This document shows, piece after piece, positions 36,491 to 45,209 of a stretch of 64,000 nt of DNA. Each line of letters begins with the position of its first letter. The stretch's first letter is position 1. The position numbers and the translations under genes are program-made. The stretch spans positions 96,489-160,488 of the forward strand of contig DVML01000025.1 of assembly GCA_018714965.1 (NCBI GenBank), in the 5' to 3' direction. Origin of the DNA: Candidatus Fimihabitans intestinipullorum. Its GTDB lineage: Bacteria; Bacillota_I; Bacilli_A; RF39; UBA660. The notes under the pieces were generated by a model. That model made no database searches and was not told the origin of the DNA. It saw only the letters and a list, made by a program, of their open reading frames with translations.

Positions 36491-38197
36491 ATGGATGAAG
36501 TATATGAAATGTATCGATGGAAGCATTGGATGAACGAGCGAAAATTTTCAAGTTTAGAGGATTTGTTACGGGAGTCTCCTATTTCTTATGAGACGATATT
36601 GTCCTATGGAAAAGAAATTTTCTTTCTCGAACAGTACGATTTAGATCGTTCTTTTCAAGAGTGTCCGGTCTATTGGGAAAATTTACAACAAATTTCGTTT
36701 GAAGAGGTTGAACCCGGATTGGAAGAAGCAAAGAGAAGATGGAAAGTTTTTCAAGATTATGGGCACATTCTAACGATGGATGATATGATCGAAATGGTAA
36801 AAAGTGAACATGAACGAAAACAGTTGATTTCTCTTTTGAAAAAGGAACCTTCTTTGTTGTATATGCAAAAAGATGGAGAAACTTTTTTAGAACATATTAT
36901 AGTTGAGTATATTACTTCTATTAAAGGAGGCCACTTAGATTTAGCGCATCTTCATTTAAAGCAGATGATAAAAACTTTTGTCGAACTGTTCGAAGACTAT
37001 ACCATGGAAGTTCCACGACACTTTTTGCCTGATTTATGGACGGCTAAAAAAAGGTATCAGCGTAGAGGAAATACAATTCGAATCAATGGGAAGAATGAGC
37101 CTATGTTTGAACTTTATCGACAAGTGCGAGAATCGTGCGACTATTTAACATCGCTTCCTCAAATGATCGAGCACTATCAACTTTATGAACGCTGGAAACA
37201 AGAGGAGCTGGAGAATCATCTCTCGTCGATAGAAGTTCCTGTATTACCTTCGCAAGAAGAACCAATTATTCTTACGGTAGATGCTCATAGAGAATCTTTA
37301 TTAGACGATGCGTTTGCACTTGAAACAAACGATAAAAAAGAGACGATTTTACGTGTTTATATCGCTGATATAACACCTTATTTAAAAAAGTCATATCGCC
37401 TTTTAAAACATTCTTTAGAATGGAATCGTACGATATATTTACAGAGTGGGCAAAATAAATTGGTATTTCCACTGCTACCTGTTGACTTTTGCGAGGAACA
37501 TATTTCGCTACGAGAAGGAAAAGAAAGAAATGTTTTATGCGCGACATTTACGTTTGATCAAGATGCAAATTTAAAGGATGTCACATACGATCGAAGACAA
37601 ATCACGGTTACAAAAAATTTAACTGTAGAGGATACGGAAGATGTACTAGAACATGGGGGAGAGTATCAGGATCTTTTAACAAAAGCAGTGGCATTGTCAG
37701 AAAAATTAGAGAGCAAACATAAGAAGCGGAATATCTATCAGGAGAGATATTCGATTTCGAGAAGCGAAAAGTTACCTTCTCAAAAATTCATTCGCGAGTT
37801 TGCTGTATATGTTAATTCGAAAGCGACAGAATTGATGAAAGCGTGTCTCTATCAAAACAATACAGATGTTTATAGTTCGAAAACGGTTCGACCAAATGTT
37901 CGAAGAGAGATGGATCGTTTCTATGTCTCTACACAATCTCTTGAAAATAAAGGGTTACAGTTGCAAAAGTACGCTACTGTCACAAATCCTATGAGAAATG
38001 CGATTTCGATGATTTCTTCTTATTTGTTAAAAGAACAAGCTATCGATCATTGTGATAAAGAGACATTGCGATTTTATCAGGAGATTCTTCCTTATTTTGC
38101 ATCGCATTTGAACATGTCTCGTAAAAAGGAAAATGATATTAAGACGCATTATCGAAAAATCATGTATCGTAGTTCACAAAACAAAAGAAATGCATAA
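36491..38197 (+). CDS. divergent RNB (RNase II/R-like) domain protein lacking recognisable CSD/S1 domains
   Basis: Ordered degenerate RNB motifs: LLDDAFAL, VYIADITPY...WNRTIYL, FPLLP...ISLREGKERN, YATVTNPMRNAISMISSYLL. Confidence 0.6.
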   Translation: MDEVYEMYRWKHWMNERKFSSLEDLLRESPISYETILSYGKEIFFLEQYDLDRSFQECPVYWENLQQISFEEVEPGLEEAKRRWKVFQDYGHILTMDDMIEMVKSEHERKQLISLLKKEPSLLYMQKDGETFLEHIIVEYITSIKGGHLDLAHLHLKQMIKTFVELFEDYTMEVPRHFLPDLWTAKKRYQRRGNTIRINGKNEPMFELYRQVRESCDYLTSLPQMIEHYQLYERWKQEELENHLSSIEVPVLPSQEEPIILTVDAHRESLLDDAFALETNDKKETILRVYIADITPYLKKSYRLLKHSLEWNRTIYLQSGQNKLVFPLLPVDFCEEHISLREGKERNVLCATFTFDQDANLKDVTYDRRQITVTKNLTVEDTEDVLEHGGEYQDLLTKAVALSEKLESKHKKRNIYQERYSISRSEKLPSQKFIREFAVYVNSKATELMKACLYQNNTDVYSSKTVRPNVRREMDRFYVSTQSLENKGLQLQKYATVTNPMRNAISMISSYLLKEQAIDHCDKETLRFYQEILPYFASHLNMSRKKENDIKTHYRKIMYRSSQNKRNA

Positions 38198-38210
38198 GAT
38201 ATAGTAGAAT

Positions 38211-38238
38211 TTGACAATTCTTTTGGTTTTGATATAAT
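38211..38238 (+). promoter_or_regulatory. near-consensus sigma-A promoter driving the large ncRNA
   Basis: TTGACA 38211-38216, a 16-nt spacer, then extended -10 TGaTATAAT 38230-38238. Confidence 0.75.
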
Positions 38239-38244
38239 TATCTT

Positions 38245-38841
38245 GTTTATGAAATGGCGCATTATTCTAGTCAATTTCATTTATTATGAAGGCGGGGCTA
38301 AAAATTCGCTAAAGAGCATATCTGTGAAACCTCTTGTGCTTGCTTCATACGCCCAGTTTGGGGTGAGTGCTGGTGGGAAAGGATATTGGGCGCCTGTAAT
38401 GGCATACAGTTCCGACCCAATATCTGTGGAGACCTAATCTTGTTATCTGCCTACACACAGCGATTGTTGATGGACAGATGACGACTTAGGATGAAACCTA
38501 CTATGTGGCTAGCGTTACGAGTAGTGTAGCTTGTCTTGCGTGAGTATCGGGGATGATTGACAACCGAAATAGTTTATGGCCAAAATTACTTCGGCATCGC
38601 AATTTGAAACGATACTTGCAAAAAAGAATTAATAATAAATAATTGTCGAGGAAAACTCCTAGAGTGTAGCTTAATATAGGATTGCAGTGTGCACTAAGTG
38701 GCAATCAAGTCATGTATTCGGTGACGGTACATCTATTTCTTTCAAGGGGAACCGCTTCTCTGGTAACGGAAAGTAGAAATAGGGGAAATCCTACTTGACC
38801 TAAAGGCGCAAAGTTTACTATATTAACTGCCGTTTTTTTTT
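38245..38841 (+). ncRNA. large structured non-coding RNA candidate (about 600 nt), OLE-like by size and context
   Basis: Has its own promoter, no credible ORF, visibly higher GC than other spacers, multiple helices, and ends in a T9 run 21 nt before the next ATG. Confidence 0.6.
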
Positions 38842-38862
38842 GAATTGAATTTAGGAGAAAGT

Positions 38863-39450
38863 ATGAATCAGAAACAGAAAGAATTTGTGAAACGATTAAA
38901 ATCGAATAAGAAGAAAAAAGTGGTTACGAATATGGGATGGGTTTTAGCAATTACCATCATGGCGTTTTTTATTTCGATTATATTCTCTTTTATCTCCGAG
39001 AGTATTTTACCGAATGTTCCTGTATTGATTGGTGTAATCGTTTTAATCGTGTTTATCTTGATCGGAGTACTATTCGATATGATCGGTGTTGCAGTGACGG
39101 CGGCAGATGAAAAACCATTTCATTCGATGAGTGCACAAAAGGTACGAGGAGCGCGTGTAGCGATTACTTTAAAACGGAATGCAGATAAAGTAGGTTCGTT
39201 TTGTAACGACGTGATCGGAGATATTTGTGGAATCATCTCCGGATCTGCAGGTGTCATGGTAGCCCTCTCTCTTTCGGAATCATTCGGAGTTGAGCAAGTG
39301 ATATTATCCTTGTTAGTAACAGGACTTACTGCAGCTTTTACAATAGGAGGAAAGGCACTTGGAAAAGGAGTTGCCATAGCAAAAGCAAATATGATTTTAT
39401 ATGAGTGTTCAAAAGTGATCTCGTATTTTTATCGGCCAAAGCGATCGTAA
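38863..39450 (+). CDS. 4-TM DUF21/CNNM-like membrane protein (OapA-like by context)
   Basis: 195 aa. Basic N-terminus, four hydrophobic helices, loop AADEKPFHSMSAQKVRGARVAITLKRNADKV, and a DVIGD motif. RBS AGGAGA. Confidence 0.75.
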   Translation: MNQKQKEFVKRLKSNKKKKVVTNMGWVLAITIMAFFISIIFSFISESILPNVPVLIGVIVLIVFILIGVLFDMIGVAVTAADEKPFHSMSAQKVRGARVAITLKRNADKVGSFCNDVIGDICGIISGSAGVMVALSLSESFGVEQVILSLLVTGLTAAFTIGGKALGKGVAIAKANMILYECSKVISYFYRPKRS

Positions 39451-39461
39451 TCGCTTTTTTT
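39440..39461 (+). terminator. intrinsic terminator after the membrane protein gene
   Basis: Stem AGCGAT 39440-39445 / ATCGCT 39450-39455, followed by a T-run. Confidence 0.75.
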
Positions 39462-39538
39462 AATGCATTAAATGAATTGTGTGACATAAGTTAAAAGTAT
39501 GGTAAAATGATGCTTTATCGATCAAAGGAGATGGCGAG

Positions 39539-40246
39539 ATGAACGAACAAGATTTTTTATTGAGAATCATCACTTGTTTCGCGCTTAGCTTTTGTATTGG
39601 TTTAGAAAGACAATGGCGTCGTCGAACGATTGGTCTTCGAACGAACGTGCTTGTTTCTATAGGTGCCTTTTTGTTTGTCGCAACAGGAATCGGTAGTACG
39701 GGTGATGTGACGAGAATTCCAGCCCAAGTTGTATCGGGAATTGGATTTTTAGGTGCAGGTGTTATTTTAAGAGATGGTGCGAATATCAAAGGACTCAATA
39801 CGGCTGCCACACTCTGGTGTAATGCGGCGATTGGAGTTATGACGGCAACAGGATTATTGTTAGAAGCAGCAATTGGAACAGTGTTCATTTTGATATCTAA
39901 TATCGCACTTCGCTTTATTGGGCGTAAGATGATGAAAAAGCAAGTGACGAAAGAAGAGTATACCTTAAAAATAGTTTGTGTAGAAGAAAAAGAGGTAATT
40001 TTACGTGCATTGTTATTACAACTATTTAATGCTGAACATATCACGCTTACCGATTTAGAAAGTCGAACGATCGAAAATGAAGTTGTTAAAATTTATGCGA
40101 CTGTCCACGTCGTAGGAGGAACAAATCATACGATCGAGCAATTGGTGAATCGCATTAGTATGGAACCAGGTGTCACGAATATAGGATGGAAAAAACTAGA
40201 ACAAAAAACGAAGGAAGAGATCGAGGAAGAAGAGGAAGAGAATTAA
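39539..40246 (+). CDS. mgtC: MgtC/SapB-family protein
   Basis: GLERQWRRRTIGLRTN, GIGFLGAGVILRDG and GLNTAATLWCNAAIGV, plus a C-terminal ACT-like domain and an acidic tail. Confidence 0.9.
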   Translation: MNEQDFLLRIITCFALSFCIGLERQWRRRTIGLRTNVLVSIGAFLFVATGIGSTGDVTRIPAQVVSGIGFLGAGVILRDGANIKGLNTAATLWCNAAIGVMTATGLLLEAAIGTVFILISNIALRFIGRKMMKKQVTKEEYTLKIVCVEEKEVILRALLLQLFNAEHITLTDLESRTIENEVVKIYATVHVVGGTNHTIEQLVNRISMEPGVTNIGWKKLEQKTKEEIEEEEEEN

Positions 40247-40327
40247 CATAAAACGAAAATTTTATGTTTTTTTCGTTGCAACCTAGATTATTTTTGTCGA
40301 TTTGTGTATAATGAAGTTGGTGATAAG

Positions 40328-41041
40328 ATGCAAAGATATTTCGCGCGCGAAAAACATGAAACGACATTTCGATTGAACGAGGATGATTTGTATCATATTA
40401 CAGTAGTCATGCGTATGAAACCTGGAGATGAAATCGAAGTGGTTTACAATCAAAGTGTATATTTGTGTTGTATAGAAAATGTAAACAAAGAGGTCGTGGT
40501 TCGCATGAAAAAAGAATACCAACAAGAAAAAGAACGAATTCCTCATGTTATTTTTTGCATTCCTTTTTTGAAGGAACAAAAGATGGATTATATCTTACAA
40601 AAAGCGACGGAACTCGGTGTGAGTGAAATCGTACCAACCGTTTTAAATCGTAGTATTATCAAGCTAGATGACGCAAAATTTCAAAAGAAAAAGGTACGTT
40701 GGCAGAAAATTTGCAAAGAGGCGAGCGAACAGTCGATGCGCAATATGATTCCTGTTATACGAGATCGAATGACACTGTCCGAAGTGGCTTTACTGGATGG
40801 AGTTAAGATCGTTTGCAGTACGAGAGAAAAAGAAAAAAGCTTGAAAAAACTTTTACAAACCGTTGGTGATTGTGATACACTGGTAATAGTGATTGGTCCA
40901 GAAGGTGGACTAGAAGAAGAAGAGGAGAACTTTTTAGTGGATGCTGGTTTTTCATCTGTTACTCTTGGAAATCGAATTTTACGAGTGGAGACGGTTCCTC
41001 TTTATGTGCTGAGTGCTATAAATTATAATTATATGGAGTGA
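40328..41041 (+). CDS. rsmE: 16S rRNA (uracil1498-N3)-methyltransferase RsmE
   Basis: N-terminus MQRYF, PUA-like N-terminal domain, and SPOUT C-terminus (IGPEGGLEEEE, LGNRILRVETV). Confidence 0.9.
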   Translation: MQRYFAREKHETTFRLNEDDLYHITVVMRMKPGDEIEVVYNQSVYLCCIENVNKEVVVRMKKEYQQEKERIPHVIFCIPFLKEQKMDYILQKATELGVSEIVPTVLNRSIIKLDDAKFQKKKVRWQKICKEASEQSMRNMIPVIRDRMTLSEVALLDGVKIVCSTREKEKSLKKLLQTVGDCDTLVIVIGPEGGLEEEEENFLVDAGFSSVTLGNRILRVETVPLYVLSAINYNYME

Positions 41042-41045
41042 TACT

Positions 41046-41801
41046 ATGTTGGACTTATTAAATGAATTTGTAAATAATAACGTGTTATATTATGGAACTT
41101 TATTTGTCCTTAGTATCATTTTTGTATTTCTTATTTGTTATGCGATGTGGTCACATTATAAAGTGAAGTTAATCGCTGAGATGAAAGCAAATACAGAATC
41201 CTTAGATAAAGAAGAAACGCCTCAAGTAGTAGAAGAAGTCGAACATCAAGAAGACGAAAAGACAACCGAGGCAACACTAAAAATAGAGAATTTACTCGAT
41301 CAGATGAAAGTGGATTTAGAGGCACAAAAACAAGAAGCGATCGATCACTTTGAAAATCAACAAGAAGAAAATTCGATCATTAGCTATCAAGAATTGAAAA
41401 AGTTGGCACAAGATCGTGGACTTGTAATCGACGATGAAGAAGCACCTTTGGTAACAACTTCAGAACTTTTGAATCGTCGTGCGGAAGTTTCTCCAATCGC
41501 AGAATCCACTTCTGTAAAAGAAGAGGTAAAAGAAGCGCTTATGCGTCCAAAAGAGGCACCACATCATAGAGAATATAAAAGAACACAATTTATTTCACCG
41601 GTATATGGTTTAATGGATGATGAATCTCATCCGGTAAAACCAGTATCGTCAAAATCTCAAGTAGAGGTATCTACTTATCATGAGGAGACTTCTCATGGAG
41701 ATGCACATAAGCCTAAGATTAACGTGCAAGCGTTAGAAGATGAGAATCGTCATTTGGATGAATTCTTACAATCCTTGAAAGAATTTAGAAATAATTTATA
41801 A
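41046..41801 (+). CDS. membrane-anchored acidic hypothetical protein (251 aa)
   Basis: Single N-terminal TM helix followed by an E/Q-rich low-complexity region. No family recognised. Confidence 0.5.
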   Translation: MLDLLNEFVNNNVLYYGTLFVLSIIFVFLICYAMWSHYKVKLIAEMKANTESLDKEETPQVVEEVEHQEDEKTTEATLKIENLLDQMKVDLEAQKQEAIDHFENQQEENSIISYQELKKLAQDRGLVIDDEEAPLVTTSELLNRRAEVSPIAESTSVKEEVKEALMRPKEAPHHREYKRTQFISPVYGLMDDESHPVKPVSSKSQVEVSTYHEETSHGDAHKPKINVQALEDENRHLDEFLQSLKEFRNNL

Positions 41802-41838
41802 TAAGCCTATGGCTTATTTTTCATATGGAGGTGATAAA

Positions 41839-43140
41839 ATGAGATTTAGTATTGATACATTAGGATGTAAGGTAAATACTTACGAATCGAACGTGATCAT
41901 CGACTTATTCGAAAGTCATGGATACGAACAAGTGAAAGAGAATGCGGATGTTGCGATTATCAATACATGTACAGTAACGAATACAGCAGATCGTAAGTCT
42001 GTTAAGATGATTCATCAAGCAGTTCATCGAAATCCCGATGCGATCGTCGTTGTCGTTGGATGTTTAACGCAAGTAAAAAGCGACATGGTTCGTAGGATCG
42101 ATGGCGTTGACATCGTGTTAGGAAATATTGGAAAAAGTAAGATTTTAGACTACGTAGAGCAGTATCGACGTCAACCACGACAGATTGTCGATGTTCCATC
42201 CATTGAGAATGTTCCATTTGAAACGATGGCATTACGTCATTTTAATCGAACGAGAGCATTTGTTAAAATTCAAGATGGATGTAACAATTTTTGTTCTTAC
42301 TGTATTATTCCATATACGAGAGGAAATGTTCGTAGTAAACAACCTCTCGATGTCCTTCGAGAGATCGATACATTGGTTGCAGACGGACATCAAGAGATCG
42401 TCTTAACGGGAATTCATACAGGTCATTACGGAACCGAGTTAGATGACTATCATTTTTCGGATTTATTGCGCGATATTTTAACTAAGACAGATGTGAAACG
42501 TCTTAGAATTTCTTCGATTGAAATGAACGAGATTACAGATGAGGTTTTACATTTGATGGAGAAGTATCCAGTTTTAGTAGATCATATGCACATTCCATTA
42601 CAAAGTGGAAGCGATGCGATTTTAAAGAAGATGAATCGTAAGTATGATAAAAAAGAGTTTATCGATAAGATCGATGCGATTAAAAAAGTGCGACCTGAAA
42701 TGTCGATTACGACAGATGTGATCGTCGGATTTCCAGGAGAAACGGAAGTGGAGTTTGAAGAGACGATCGAGACGATCAAGCGTATTGGGTTTACCAAAAT
42801 TCACGTCTTTCCATATTCCAGAAGAGAAGGAACTCCTGCTGATTTGATGGAACAAGTGGATGATAAAATAAAAAAAGAACGTGTACATCGTTTGATGGCA
42901 ATATCGAAAGAATTAGAACAAGCATATATGCATCGCTTTTTAAATAGAGAGATTGAATGGATTCCAGAAATGTTAAAAGGAGATACATTGATTGGACATA
43001 CTGGAAATTATTTATTGATTAAAGCAAAAGGGGACGCGAGTCTACTTCACCAGTCTATCAAATCGACGATTACAGAAGTTACTGATACTTGTTGTTTGGC
43101 TCGTATCGATACGGAGGAATATTCAAGGAGCCTTTGTTGA
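41839..43140 (+). CDS. mtaB: tRNA threonylcarbamoyladenosine methylthiotransferase MtaB (radical SAM)
   Basis: The UPF0004 N-terminus, CNNFCSYCIIP radical-SAM cluster and TRAM domain support the call. Follows rsmE, as in Bacillus yqeU-yqeV. Confidence 0.9.
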   Translation: MRFSIDTLGCKVNTYESNVIIDLFESHGYEQVKENADVAIINTCTVTNTADRKSVKMIHQAVHRNPDAIVVVVGCLTQVKSDMVRRIDGVDIVLGNIGKSKILDYVEQYRRQPRQIVDVPSIENVPFETMALRHFNRTRAFVKIQDGCNNFCSYCIIPYTRGNVRSKQPLDVLREIDTLVADGHQEIVLTGIHTGHYGTELDDYHFSDLLRDILTKTDVKRLRISSIEMNEITDEVLHLMEKYPVLVDHMHIPLQSGSDAILKKMNRKYDKKEFIDKIDAIKKVRPEMSITTDVIVGFPGETEVEFEETIETIKRIGFTKIHVFPYSRREGTPADLMEQVDDKIKKERVHRLMAISKELEQAYMHRFLNREIEWIPEMLKGDTLIGHTGNYLLIKAKGDASLLHQSIKSTITEVTDTCCLARIDTEEYSRSLC

Positions 43141-43190
43141 CTTGAAATGAGATTCTCTATATAATATGGATGTGAAACGGGGCGATACCA

Positions 43191-44147
43191 TTGAAGAAAA
43201 AAGATAAAATTTCAATCATTGTTCCTTGCTATAACGAGGAACAAACATTACCTATTTTTTACGATGAAATTACGAAAGTTGCAAAGGGAATGAAGTCGGT
43301 CGATTTTGAATTTCTATTTGTCAACGACGGGAGTAAAGATCAAACGTTAGATATTTTAAGAGAACTTTCTTCTAGAGATAAACGTGTGAGATATATTTCC
43401 TTTTCTAGAAACTTTGGAAAAGAAGCAGGAATGTACGCAGGATTAGAAAATGCGACAGGAGATTACATTGCTATCATGGATGCGGATTTACAAGATCCAC
43501 CAAGCATGATCGATGTGATGTATCGTCATATCGTAGAAGATGGATACGATTGTGTAGCGTTATGTAGTCCTAATCATAAAGGATATAGCAAAGTTCGCAA
43601 GTTCTTTACCGATTGTTGGTATAAACTAATTGGAGCAATCTCTTCAACTCCACAAGTACCAGGTGCGAGAGATTTCCGATTGATGAAGCGAAAAATGGTT
43701 GATGCGATCGTCAACATGAAGGAATATAACCGTTATTCGAAAGGGATTTTCAGTTTTGTTGGATTTCATACAAAGTGGATTGTATACGAAGCACCTGAGA
43801 GAGTAGCGGGAACTTCAAAATTTAACTTTTGGAAATTATTCCGCTATGCATTAGAGGGAATTTTAGCGTTTTCAACGATGCCACTTGTGATTTCTGCAGT
43901 GATCGGATTGATCTTCTGTCTCATTGCTTTTATCGCGGTTGTTATCATCATTGGAAAAACAATTATTTTTGGAGATCCCGTTGGTGGATGGCCTAGTCTT
44001 GCATGTATGATTATGTTCGTAAGTGGAGTGCAATTATTCTTCTTGGGAATTATCGGTATGTATTTATCTAAACTATATTTAGAAGTAAAGAAAAGACCGA
44101 TTTATATTATCGGAGAAACAGAGAAAACGCAGAAGGAAAAAAAGTAG
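43191..44147 (+). CDS. family-2 glycosyltransferase with two C-terminal TM helices (GtrB/CsbB-like polyprenol-phosphate glycosyltransferase)
   Basis: ISIIVPCYNEE, DGSKD and DADLQDPP motifs. TTG start. Confidence 0.85.
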   Translation: MKKKDKISIIVPCYNEEQTLPIFYDEITKVAKGMKSVDFEFLFVNDGSKDQTLDILRELSSRDKRVRYISFSRNFGKEAGMYAGLENATGDYIAIMDADLQDPPSMIDVMYRHIVEDGYDCVALCSPNHKGYSKVRKFFTDCWYKLIGAISSTPQVPGARDFRLMKRKMVDAIVNMKEYNRYSKGIFSFVGFHTKWIVYEAPERVAGTSKFNFWKLFRYALEGILAFSTMPLVISAVIGLIFCLIAFIAVVIIIGKTIIFGDPVGGWPSLACMIMFVSGVQLFFLGIIGMYLSKLYLEVKKRPIYIIGETEKTQKEKK

Positions 44148-44202
44148 AAAGTCAGTCGAAGTGATTGACTTTCTTTTTATTCTTCGTTATACTTATGTTG
44201 GA

Positions 44203-44221
44203 AGTAGTAATAGTTACTACT
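44203..44221. promoter_or_regulatory. perfect 8-3-8 palindrome, candidate PerR/Fur-family operator
   Basis: AGTAGTAA-TAG-TTACTACT lies 13 nt upstream of the perR ATG, overlapping the RBS region. Confidence 0.4.
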
Positions 44222-44234
44222 TTAGGGGTGGCAT

Positions 44235-44636
44235 ATGAAGTATTCAGTTCAAAGACAGACGATCTTAGAAGATGTAAAGGAACGTCATGATCATCCGACA
44301 GCTGAGATGATCTATGCATCCGTTCAACGGAAAGTGCCGAACATTAGTCTAGGAACAGTCTATCGTAATCTTAATCAGTTGGTAGAACATGGTATCATCA
44401 AAAAAATAGCAACGATGCAAGGTGGAGATCGATTCGATTATAAAATGGAAGATCATGCGCATGTACATTGTACAGTATGTAATCAGCTATTTGATTTGCC
44501 GTATGAATCACTTCACGCAATTGATCGGACGATCGAAGATGAGACAGGATATCACGTTTTATCTTACGATATCGTCTTTCGCGGAATATGTCATGAATGT
44601 CAAAAGAAAAGAGAAGGAGAAGAGTTATGGAATTAA
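44235..44636 (+). CDS. perR: Fur-family peroxide-responsive repressor (PerR-like)
   Basis: Winged helix ([12 protein letters not shown]), [10 protein letters not shown] and CHEC. Lies upstream of rubrerythrin. Confidence 0.8.
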   Translation: MKYSVQRQTILEDVKERHDHPTAEMIYASVQRKVPNISLGTVYRNLNQLVEHGIIKKIATMQGGDRFDYKMEDHAHVHCTVCNQLFDLPYESLHAIDRTIEDETGYHVLSYDIVFRGICHECQKKREGEELWN

Positions 44637-45166
44637 AAGGATCTAAGACAGAACAAAACTTAATGACAGCGTTTGCTGGAGAAAGCCAAGCAACAAACAA
44701 GTATACTTACTGGGCAAGCAAAGCAAAAAAAGAAGGGTTTGAACAAATTGCAGCCATCTTTACAGAGACAGCTGGGAACGAGAGAGAGCATGCTAAATTA
44801 TGGTTTAAATTATTAGAAGGTGGAGCAATCAAATCAACAGAAGAAAATTTAAAAGCTGCTGCTGAAGGAGAAAACTACGAGTGGACAGATATGTATGCAA
44901 CGATGGCAAAAGAAGCAAAAGAAGAAGGATTCGATCATATCGCATTCCTATTTGAAGGCGTTGCAGCAATCGAAAAGCGTCATGAGGAAAGATATAAAGC
45001 ATTACTTGCTAATGTAAAAGAAGAAAACGTATTCAAGAAAGAAGCTCCACAAATGTGGATTTGTAGAAACTGTGGACACGTACATTACGGAGAAGAAGCT
45101 CCAGAAGTATGTCCAGTATGCGCACATCCAAGAGCTTACTTTGAGATTTTAAAAGAAAATTATTAA
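44627..45166 (+). CDS. rbr: rubrerythrin
   Basis: Diiron four-helix bundle ([21 protein letters not shown]) plus a rubredoxin tail CRNCGH...CPVCAHP. ATG 44627 follows GAAGGAG. Confidence 0.93.
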   Translation: MELKGSKTEQNLMTAFAGESQATNKYTYWASKAKKEGFEQIAAIFTETAGNEREHAKLWFKLLEGGAIKSTEENLKAAAEGENYEWTDMYATMAKEAKEEGFDHIAFLFEGVAAIEKRHEERYKALLANVKEENVFKKEAPQMWICRNCGHVHYGEEAPEVCPVCAHPRAYFEILKENY

Positions 45167-45209
45167 TAGAAAAGGGAATGATCCCTTTTTCTTTGAAGGA
45201 GATAGAAGT

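Noticed and set aside
38243-38704. ORF-track entries 38243-38437 (+, 64 aa) and 38501-38704 (-, 67 aa) inside the 38.2-38.8 kb spacer
   Set aside because: Neither has a Shine-Dalgarno sequence. The plus ORF would begin essentially at the transcription start. Both have odd composition, and the region reads better as structured RNA.
38245-38841. Possibility that the large RNA is RNase P RNA or tmRNA
   Set aside because: A short stretch (GGGGAACCGCTTCTCTGGTAACGGAA) resembles part of type B RNase P RNA. However, the universal GAGGAAAGTCC and ACAGAA-type elements are absent or in the wrong order. There is no tRNA-like GGTTCGAATCC...CCA 3' end or tag reading frame as expected for tmRNA. The length also exceeds both.
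39462-39538. M-box (Mg2+) riboswitch upstream of mgtC
   Set aside because: The spacer is under 90 nt and mostly promoter. There is no room for the roughly 170-nt M-box fold.
39460-40044. 194-aa minus-strand ORF antisense to mgtC
   Set aside because: It overlaps the strongly conserved MgtC frame completely, has no RBS and has an implausible composition.
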